Shown one piece after another: positions 54,001-64,000 of a DNA stretch of 64,000 nucleotides (its first letter is position 1; the number at the start of each line of letters is the position of its first letter). The translations under genes and the position numbers were made by a program. The notes beneath the pieces were generated by a model that saw nothing but the letters and a program-made list of their open reading frames with translations, had not been told where the DNA came from and ran no database searches. The stretch lies in the NCBI GenBank assembly GCA_951406725.2, contig OX597818.1, forward strand, positions 141,360,001 to 141,424,000, read 5' to 3'. This stretch comes from Octopus vulgaris. Lineage: Eukaryota.

Positions 54001-55981
54001 CACTGCTATTCATAGCAATATCAGAGGGTAAGGTCAGCATTTAAGGTCGCTGTCACACAATGTGTGGAGGAACCTCCAATCCCACCGGTTATTGTAGTGA
54101 AAGGTAGTACATTAAACTATCAATTTATCCCCTGACAGAAGACTTCTCATAATACTTACGTCATAGTGGACTCCACAGAAGTTGCATCCGAATGAGGCAG
54201 ATAGTGTTGTTAAACTGAACGACAGCTACGTCTACCTCTGACAAAATTGTGTAGTCACCGAAAACTTGATACACAATTTCCGTGTACACAATTTCACTGA
54301 GCGGTCTTTGGTCTGCTTATATTAGGACACACATACTCTACGTTACTACTAGTGTGATTTAGCGTCACTTCCCTCTGATACTGTATAATATTCTTCAGAA
54401 CAAGCCAGTGTCAGAGCCAAGGAAAGTTTATTTCGAACGAATTTATTCAACATAAAATAAACACATAAACAATCTTGCTTATAATGGGGTGCTCGTACAC
54501 ATGTCGTTGCGTGCGTATGTATGCCTTGATGTGTATAGGTACGTTAACATATACATTCTGTGTTTATGCGTATATATGGAAATAACTTACATATTGTAAG
54601 ACTTCCATTAATGGCATGTAATTTCAAATTTCTAATTAGATTATCCACCTGTGTTTGATTATCAACGTGTGCGGGTGTGTTTGATGTGCCTTTGTCTGGA
54701 TATATATGTTTATTCATATATCCATGTACATGTGCTTACACTGAAAGAGATGTACTAAATTACAAACTGAAGTATACACAGCCGTGCGTGGGCATCAGTA
54801 ATGTATATCAGTAGAATGATTTTAGATTACATTTGAATTTATGGTACTTTATTATAAAAATTCCGCATCCATTGTTTCGGTTAATATGCTATGCTATACA
54901 TACAGATACAGTCAACTTCAGTAAATAGTATACCACTTAGATGCACACATTTCTACAGTACCTATTTAGCGATAAAACTATGTAAAATTGACTGTTAAAT
55001 TTCGTATAAAAATTTAGCTAGCTTTGGTTAATTTCATAAGACTTTTCTATTCTGATTTTTGGTGAAGTAGAAGTTGATGAAATGTGGCTTATAAGAAATT
55101 CTATTTGCCATCAATCAATTATATCTGGAATCATCTGTTTAAATAATAATGATCATTACTATTTAAAATGATCATTTTAAACAGCAATATATTAGAACTT
55201 ATATTTTAGAAGAGAGTTAATGTTTAAAGATTCAAATGCATCTAAGTTGGTTTTACGATTTTAATGAATTAAAGCCTACCGACTTTTAATTGTATTATCG
55301 AATTAATTCGTGATTGAATGTATGTTAATAACAGAAAATTTTATAAAAAAGAGTATTTCGAATCGACCGGTGATTCGCCATTTTTCTCGCTCAATTTTAT
55401 TATAAACGACATTTAAATTTCATTGAACCAATTAATTTTTCTTAACTCACATGTCCCTAATTCTTATCATTAAGTAAATCAGGTCAATGTTGGGATATAT
55501 AAATCTCGATAAAATATTTGATGAATATCAAATATTGTTAAAAAAAATAAAGAACGTTACATATGAAAGAATCGTTAAACCGACTTGTATGTTTAAATGG
55601 AAAAAAACAAGATAGCTTGGACTATGTTAGTCGGAAGCGACATATATACATACAGTTGTTGCTTATGGGGAAAATGAATAAAATGCCTTATCATCCGTTG
55701 CCAAGATATTGGAATCAGATTTGCCTTGGATGATTGAGTAATAATCGAAAGGGACTGAAACATATCAAAACAGATAAGTCAATCAATTGTCATGCCGTCA
55801 AATTATACGATAGTATGGATTTCACAGAACAGAAGTAATGTCTCTGTACACAAAGAACATTGCGCGTTTTATATGGTTTGTACAAGTGTACTATATTCAC
55901 AATACTGTATAAACTGGCAATATACTGAAATTTCCCATCAAATTCCCAAATCCCTCTAATTTCACATTCCTGTTCATTGCA

Positions 55982-56022
<41 letters not shown>

Positions 56023-56557
56023 ATCATCATCATCATCATCATCATTGCTATGGAATTAAATGTTTTTGACTATATACATGTGTCTGTGTATGTGAACGAG
56101 AGAGAGAGAGGGGGGGACGAGAGGAGGTTTATATATAAGTCATTGTGTGTGAAAAATTGTCAAATTTATTATAATGATATCGAATTGATGTCGCTTGTGT
56201 ATCAGTAATGATACATTCATATGTCGGCATTATAAATTTCTAAGTGTACCAAACAAACAAAAAGTAGTTTTACTCTAAAATTTAATTTGTAATTTTATAA
56301 GATAAAACATATTTAATAAACGTATCGTTCTTGAGACCGATATTAGAACTGTAACCTACAGTTTGTTTGGTAATGAGAATTTTAAATATTAGAACCGTGA
56401 CCTACAGATTGTCCGTTAACGTAGACTTGAAGTCTTCAAATTATTTTACTTAACTTGTCTCCTAAACAATAAGAAATTTGGACATTACTGTCTGGAATCG
56501 AAGGATGGGTAGTACCGGTCTTCCGGTTTCCTTGGCGTGTAAGTGACCAAGACAGGT

Positions 56558-56980
56558 GCAGGCGCAAAAGTATACTAAGAAGCTTGCTTCTCAGTCACAT
56601 ATTTCTGGGTTCAGTCTCACTCTATGGTACTTGGGAAAGTGACTTCAACTTATAGCCTCAAGCCGACCAAAGCCTTGTGAGTGGGTGTAGCAGACGGAAA
56701 CTGAAAGAAGACCGTTGAATAGGAGAGGCTGTGTGGTAAGTAGCTTGCTTACGAACCACATGGTTCTGGGTTCAGTCCCATTGCGTGGAACTTTAGGCAA
56801 GTGTCTCCAACTATAGCCTCGGGCCGACCAAAGCCTTGTGAGTGGGTTTGGCAGACGGAAACTGAAAGAAGCCCATCGTATATGTATGTATATATGTGTG
56901 TATGTGTGTGTATATGTTTGTGTGATTGTGTTTGCCCCCAACATCACCTGACAACCGATGCTGGTGTGTTTTCGTCCCCG
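56558..56980 (+). mobile_element. Two consecutive family B SINE 5' parts (56558-56715, 56720-56980)
   Basis: Repeated TATAGCCTC..GCCGACCAAAGCCTTGTGAGTGG..GACGGAAACTGAAAGAAG. Confidence 0.85.
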
Positions 56981-57019
56981 TATGTGTGCGTGAGTGTGCG
57001 CGCGCGCGTGAATACATAT

Positions 57020-57421
57020 ACTCTCTTACTCTTTTACTTGTTTCAGTCCTTTAACTGTGGCCATGCTAGAGCACCGCCTTTAGTCGAGCAAATCGACCCC
57101 AAGACTTATTCTTTGTAAGCCTAGTACTTATTCAATCGGTCTCTTTTGCCGAACCGCTAGGTTACGGTGACGTAAACACACACGCATCGGTTGTCAAGCG
57201 ATGTTGGAGGGACAAACATAGACACACAAACACACACACATATATATATACATATAGACGACAGGCTTCTTTCAGTTTCCCTCTACCGAATCCACTCACA
57301 AGGCTTTGGTCCACCCGAGGTTATAGTAGAAGACACTTTCCCAAATTGCCACGCAGTGTAACTGAACCCGGAACCATGTGGTTGGTAAGCAAGATACTTA
57401 CCACACAGCCACTCCTATGCC
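57020..57421 (-). mobile_element. SINE family B, full length
   Basis: Matches 17098-17481. Confidence 0.92.
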
Positions 57422-57456
57422 TAAATAAATATTTTCATTTATTTAGCTCAGTATGT

Positions 57457-57509
57457 TCTACTGATGAAGGAAGAGTTATTAAACTGATCCAGAAATTGAT
57501 CAATCTAGA
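57457..57509 (+). ncRNA. Type-I hammerhead ribozyme, intact core
   Basis: TCTA CTGATGA A-GGA..AGTT..AACT..TCC-A GAA ATTGATCAAT C TAGA. Confidence 0.78.
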
Positions 57510-57861
57510 CCTATCAGAATTATTTTATGAATTTTCGGTCGGTCCACTGTTCCCGCTTTCAACTTGTGTGCTTTGAAGTGAGAATTTAAAGTGCTTGGAT
57601 GCTTTTGGCGTCTCTTTCTAGCATATAGGCATGGTAGCATCTATGTTCTTAATTATAATTGTATTTTATGCAAATATATATATCGATATATGTGTGTATA
57701 TATATATATACATACACACACAAACACACACACACACACACACACGCACACACACACACAGACACACACACACACATATATATATATATATTTATATATA
57801 TATATATATGAAAAAACAAGTCAAGATAGAAAATGCTAAAATAATTTTATAAAGAACATTT

Positions 57862-57898
57862 CAGTATCGGTTTCGGTCATTTGAGACCTTTTCAACTG
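57862..57898 (-). ncRNA. Minimal hammerhead motif with U3-A8 covariation
   Basis: Minus strand CAG TTGAAAA GGTC-TCAAAT-GACC GAA ACCGAT A CTG. Confidence 0.6.
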
Positions 57899-58039
57899 TA
57901 ACAATTAAAAAATTAAATTTAGAAAAATTAAAAGAAAAATTTTTTAAAAACATATTTGTATAGTGTTCAAATATAAGTGGCATTTTCATTGTTTCTTCCT
58001 TTCTCTATTTCTCTTGTTTACTCTTGTGGGTTGTCCATT

Positions 58040-58350
58040 TGTGTGTGTCTCTGTGTCTGCATTTGACCCCCACTACACCGCTTGACAACCGAAGTTACTG
58101 TGTTTACGTCCCCATAACATAGCTTTTCGGCAAACACGACCGATGGAATAAGTACGAGGCTTTAGAAAATCGAAGATAAAGATCGCAACATCCTCCCCAC
58201 GCTAGAAGCCATTTAGTCACAGAGTTACGCATTTACAGTTGAGTAGACTGGAGTTTTGCGCAAAAATACAACACAACGCCGGCTCCGAGATTCGAAGCAA
58301 CAATCATTCCACTGTGAATGCAACACCCTTAACCACTAAGCCACACATTT
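58040..58350. mobile_element. Degenerate SINE fragments (family B on plus, family D-like head on minus)
   Basis: CGCTTGACAACCG..GTGTTTACGTCCCC; CCCTTAACCACTAAGCCAC. Confidence 0.55.
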
Positions 58351-60074
58351 TCACTCCTAAAATAAAGAGGGGAATTTTCTATGAATAATAACTATCGAGT
58401 GTTGATAAACGTAACATGATACGAAATTTAATTACATGTTGCATCTTAAACGTATCGTTAAGTGTTTGAACATATGGAGTGCACGTACAGCAAACAGAAC
58501 CAGTGATTCTCATCCGCTCGCAACCTAGATTTATAGAAACACATTAATGAAGTTCCTCAAAGTAACCTAACACCACTTAATTACTAAGTATTCCTAATGA
58601 TTTAATCTGTGAGCTCTACCAGAATAAGCCACCTGCCGACATGTTGTCAATGGACGTTAAAAATATTAACTTTGAAAGAAACGCAGAATTGTTATTATGA
58701 ACCTATCTACGTTTCATATGGCTGTATGGTAGACCCTTTAATTATTTAACTATTTACTCATATTTGATAAGTTGAACTTAGAACATTAAAATTATTAGAA
58801 TAATTACTATCAAATCTCATATACCGTTTTCTTCTCCGCTGTTGCGAAATCTCACAAAACTTATATTTGACGTTTTAGTTTTATATTTTTGCAAGAAAAC
58901 CAGTTGAGAAAAGTGAGAGCCTGCTGGCATGTAATGCATATTGATAAGCTTTGAGTATTATAAAACACTACACAACTTCGTGCGACATGTCTTTTTCTCC
59001 CTCTCTTTCCAGTACTATAGAAATTATTTAAGAGAAAATCACACATAAGTGTCCGCTGGTGCGTGTAAGATTATATATCATGCTGAGATAACCCTGGACG
59101 ACACGGGAAAAAACTTGTTAGATAAGGCTAGAAATGTTTTCTCTTTTACACATGATTGTCAAAGAGTTTGCCAGAGATTGAATGTCAAGACCACATGATG
59201 ATATAAATATTATACATGCAGTCATATATATATCATGTACACACACACACACACACACACATACACACATATATATATACATACATGCTTGTGTTACTGT
59301 ATATGTGCGTGAATGTATATGGACAACATTATGTACCTATATGTGTATGTAGCTCTCTCTCTCACTTTACATTGATAGATAGATAAATTGATAGATGTGT
59401 GTTTGTGTGTGTGTGCATGTGTGTCTGTGTATGCATGTCTGTATGCATATATGTGAAAAAGTGTATACGTGTAATAAACAAAAAATATAGTCGATGCTTA
59501 CTGACCATCAGCCTATTCTGAATATATATGTAGATTATTGATTTTCAGAGAGAGAGAAAGAAAATGGAAAAAAGTATTTATGATGCCAACCGAACTATAT
59601 GTGTGCATTGCATTTGTTATTTTGTATTTTCAGATATTTACCTTATTTTCCCCCTTTTTTTTTTTTTTTGTATTTTTGTGACAGTACATTTCACGAAATT
59701 TCACTTCGATATCTTAGTTTTCTGCACCCGTCCATTCGATCCACTAATCCCTGTGCCATGATGTATTGCATGATTTACATTAAATTTACTCTTCCTGGAA
59801 AGAATCGATAAGGCCACGAACGCTTTCCGAAAAAAGAAACACAATAAATATGGCTTCCATCTTTGTGTACGCGCGCGCGCGTATGTGTGTGTGTGTGTGT
59901 TTGTGTGTGTGTTCGTGCGTATGAAATGCGGTTTAACAGAAACAGAGTTTTGTCATATTTCAGGATTAATTCAAGTCAGAGTAATAATAATAATAGTGTT
60001 ATTAAGAACAACAACAACAAACAAAAACAACATACAATAATAAAAAATATATAATAAACAATAACAAACAAATA

Positions 60075-60135
<61 letters not shown>

Positions 60136-60723
60136 CAACAAAGCGAAAAAGGGCAAACGTTTAAATAGATCCTAAACAAGATAAGAGTTATAGATACCAT
60201 ACGAAGTAAAATGCACAAAGGTGCTATAAATATACAGTCACTTAAACACACATAGAATCATACTGACATACATATATATGCGATTGTATATATATATATT
60301 ATATATCATATATATATATATATATATATCATATATACGTGTGTGTTTATCATGTGAATATAGGCATGTTGTGCGTGGAAATGTGTGTGGATGTGTAAAA
60401 AATAAGGAATACATGAGTGGCTTCTTGAGTAAGTGTAGAAGAGTATGTGTAGAAGTATGTGTAATTCACATACGCATATATGGGATATTTTTTATTCTTC
60501 TATGCTTGTGTGTTTTTATATTATTTTTAATATATTGTAACACAAGGAAAGAAAAGTCGTAATTCGTGGAAACATTGACCGTAGCCCAATAGACAAGGAT
60601 TTATTTGACCGGTTTTCTTATCACACTTTTAAGAAAATATACGCAGTCGACCTCATCTTTTCAATACATGTATAAAAATGTGTGTCTGCATACACATACA
60701 TATACGCATATATAGTCACAGAA

Positions 60724-60771
<48 letters not shown>

Positions 60772-61380
60772 AGTATATACTTTATATACATATATCTCAA
60801 CACTAATATATATATATATATTAGAGATGAGATATAAGAATATTATATATATACACTTACGGTGAAAGAATGAAAATCTCAGTGCCTATCTTTGTGTAAG
60901 TCTATTTTAAATAATATATGTTCATTATATATAATTATCTGAAGAACACTGAATCCTACATTGTCATGTGTGGAGGGCCTTTCCACACTAAATCCCACAT
61001 GTGTTATGTGTAGGGGGACCTTTCAAGAACCGTGATGCAAATCAAAATTCAATTTTACCCATACAAGAAGGCGAAATAGCTATATATCAAGCAATGAACA
61101 GCAAGTTTATGACGCGGTAATCAGTAAAGACTATACCGAAGATAAATATTGAATGGAAGCGATCATAAATGTCTCTAAACTCTATAAATTGACCGATACT
61201 TATCATCACATCACAGGGAATTAACTAACAGATAACCTGAAAAAAAGGCAACAGCAAGCATATGGCAGGACGCATATCTATGGCCACATCATATGTTCTT
61301 ACACAGAGATTTATATGAGAAAAAAAATCCTCATATGGTGACAGTACCCAATTGGGGATTTTCATAGTGCGCGTGCATAC

Positions 61381-61448
<68 letters not shown>

Positions 61449-62310
61449 CGACTCCAGGTCATCAGCATCACTCGGGTTCATCACAAGTTTCGCGTAAGAA
61501 ACACGTATGAAACAATATAAGAGACGTAATGCACACTGCAGACTTATATTTGCATGGATATTTTAACAGTAAGTTTGCTTCTTCTAATGAAAGAATGCCT
61601 CACATTTTTCCGCAATATTTCTAGCTCCAAATGGTTTATCTTTATACTTAGCAGTGTGTCTTTCTCAATTTCTAAATCAAGGGTAAATATAAGGCGACCA
61701 TGCAAAACACGACTGATCTTTACACATAGACGCACAGAATAATAGCAATCAAATAATGAAAGCAGAGTGCACAACAAACATCACCGATCTGACTATCACC
61801 TGTACTCTTGACAAGAGATATCAGTTCGTCCTTTTTCACCCACCAGACTCGTTTGTATCAATCCGAGTAGCTTAGGTAATATTTTGTTCCTTTAAGAATA
61901 TTGTAGAACGGGAACTTTTCATAGATTGGAATTTAAATCCTAATCTCTATAGAAATCTATTATCTCAAGAAAACCTTGAATTTGAATTACATTTAGTTTT
62001 TACGATTATAGATAAGAACCAGGGCTGAAAATTCTGAGCCCGAGACAGGATCGTGTGAACGATGTCGCGAGAACGTCTTCTACAGTTGATATCTTTTGAC
62101 TTAGGACATCTCTAAGACGCCCACCAGGTGCTGAAGCAAAATAAATGAAACTGCAAGCAGACTAAATAAAAGGAGCCCGAGTTATTGGTCGCAATTACAT
62201 ACTTGAAATCAGTGCTGGCAGAAATTAAACCCGCTTGCAAATACACGTTCACTTTACTAAATTTATACTCGGGTTAAGCCCGAAAAGCTCCGGTGCCGGA
62301 GTCGCCATTG

Positions 62311-62365
<55 letters not shown>

Positions 62366-62442
62366 TGTGTGTGTGCGTATGAATGTATGCATGTATGTAT
62401 GTATGTATGTATGTATGTATGTATGTATGTGTGTATATGTAT

Positions 62443-62735
62443 AAGAGCACTTTGTCGGTTATGACGACGAGGGTCCCAACTGGAACGACCCAAGGAACAG
62501 CTTGCTCGTGAAATTAACGTGCAAGTAGCTGAGCACTCCACAGACACGTGTGCCCTTAACGTAATTCTCAGAGAGTTTCAGTGTGACACAGAATATGACA
62601 AGGCTGACCCTTTGAAATTCAGGTACAGCTCATTTTTGCCAGCTGTGGGGACCGGAGTAATGTGAATAAAGTGTTTTGCTCAAGGACACAACGCGTAACC
62701 GGGAGTTGAACTCACGACCTTACGACCCAGGCGCA
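62443..62735 (-). mobile_element. SINE with family D core and family A tail type 1
   Basis: GCTCGTGAAATTAACGTGCAAGTAGCTGAGCACTCCACAGACACGTG matches 269-316; TTGCTCAAGGACACAAC core. Confidence 0.85.
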
Positions 62736-62738
62736 TTT

Positions 62739-62785
<47 letters not shown>

Positions 62786-62807
62786 CGTATATACATTACT
62801 ACATACA

Positions 62808-62838
<31 letters not shown>

Positions 62839-64000
62839 CATACATACATACATACATACATACATACATGCATACATACAGACATACATGCATATCTGCA
62901 TGAATTTTTCTCTGCGTCTATTTGTCGACTTGTTCCTGTTTGAATTAAGGCAGAGTGGAGGAAAACGGATATAATACAGAAGTTTTAGGCAATTATATAT
63001 CATAGAACCTGACATTACCCTTTATTGCTACTCCGAGTTTCGTGACACCTCGCCGATCATACAACTCAACCTTTGCTTTGTTAGACAACAAATTTAATCT
63101 ACTGATGAACCCAGACCTTGTTGAGTCGCAGCATTCGATTAATGCTTGAAATAATGAATCAATGTAAATGAATCAAAGTCAGTTATGTTAGATATTTTAT
63201 ACTGATATAAATGGCACAAACACTTGAATGGCACAGTGTCTCAACTTATATCTATATCTAATGAGTTGTTCTCATGTTAGACACTCTTTCTAATTCGAAT
63301 TGCTCTACTGTAAATACTATTTTGCAACTTATTGTACTATTTCAATTACTTTTATTTCCCTATTGGCAAATGTTTCTTTTTATCATTTATATAAAATATT
63401 TATCTGAATTAAATTAGAAATTTTTTCTTGCAGTAACATTTATTTTGTATATATCTTCCATACGTTTTAAATTTCATATTATTTCCCATTTTCCGAAGTC
63501 ATATTTTATTTAATTTCACATATTTTCTATCTATCATATTGATATTAAATGTTCGCAATCTATAATTGGATTAAATCTTTCTACAATATATATATTTTTT
63601 TTTTTTTTGCAGAGGAGTTAAACAATATTGCATGTTTTTATGATTTCATTTCTGAAAAATTTTTAATTTCCTTTTTGATTTAAAATAATTTCATTTTTCG
63701 TTTTTACCTTACATTTTTTGTGTGATTTATTTTTAGATTCTAAATTAGATTTTTCGCGTGCCGTTCATTTTAGTTTTTAATTATATTGCAAATATGAAGG
63801 CAGCCATTTTTTTAAAGCTAATAATCACTAACCATGAAGATTCCGCAGAAATCGCGATATATCTCAACTTGCAACATGTTCTTACAACAGTTCGAAACTG
63901 TGAAATATACAAACAAGTCAACAATATCTTGAAGACCATGTTATTCTTCTGAAATTATTGGTATTTCACCACACTCTAAGTAGATATTTCGAACCAAATG

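Overview
AT-rich, microsatellite-saturated eukaryotic non-coding DNA. The repeat families point to a coleoid cephalopod, most likely Octopus; this is an inference from the SINE families, not a database result. I found no credible host protein-coding exon, rRNA, true tRNA or CRISPR array, and nearly all listed ORFs are microsatellite or antisense artefacts. Transposon content: three decayed mariner (DD34D) copies, one rosa/DD41D-like fragment, non-autonomous Helitron-like elements, a decayed Penelope-like element (PLE; RT plus GIY-YIG), L1/Tx1, CR1, R4/Dong and RTE LINE remnants, and at least four tRNA-derived SINE families. The most striking signal is a dense set of about 10 minimal type-I hammerhead ribozyme (HHR) motifs in several mutually dissimilar short elements, mostly in AT-rich or (TA)n-flanked DNA. 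Most have a palindromic, dimer-type stem III. They show recurring structural variants: an unpaired N.N at the base of stem II, a U3-A8 covariation, U4C and A6U. One pair sits back-to-back in a 600-bp near-perfect palindrome. Other notable features are an ORF1-only Tx1-like element embedded in (GATA)n and two SINE/LINE pairs with shared 3' tails. All calls were made by eye; family names and ribozyme activity are unverified.
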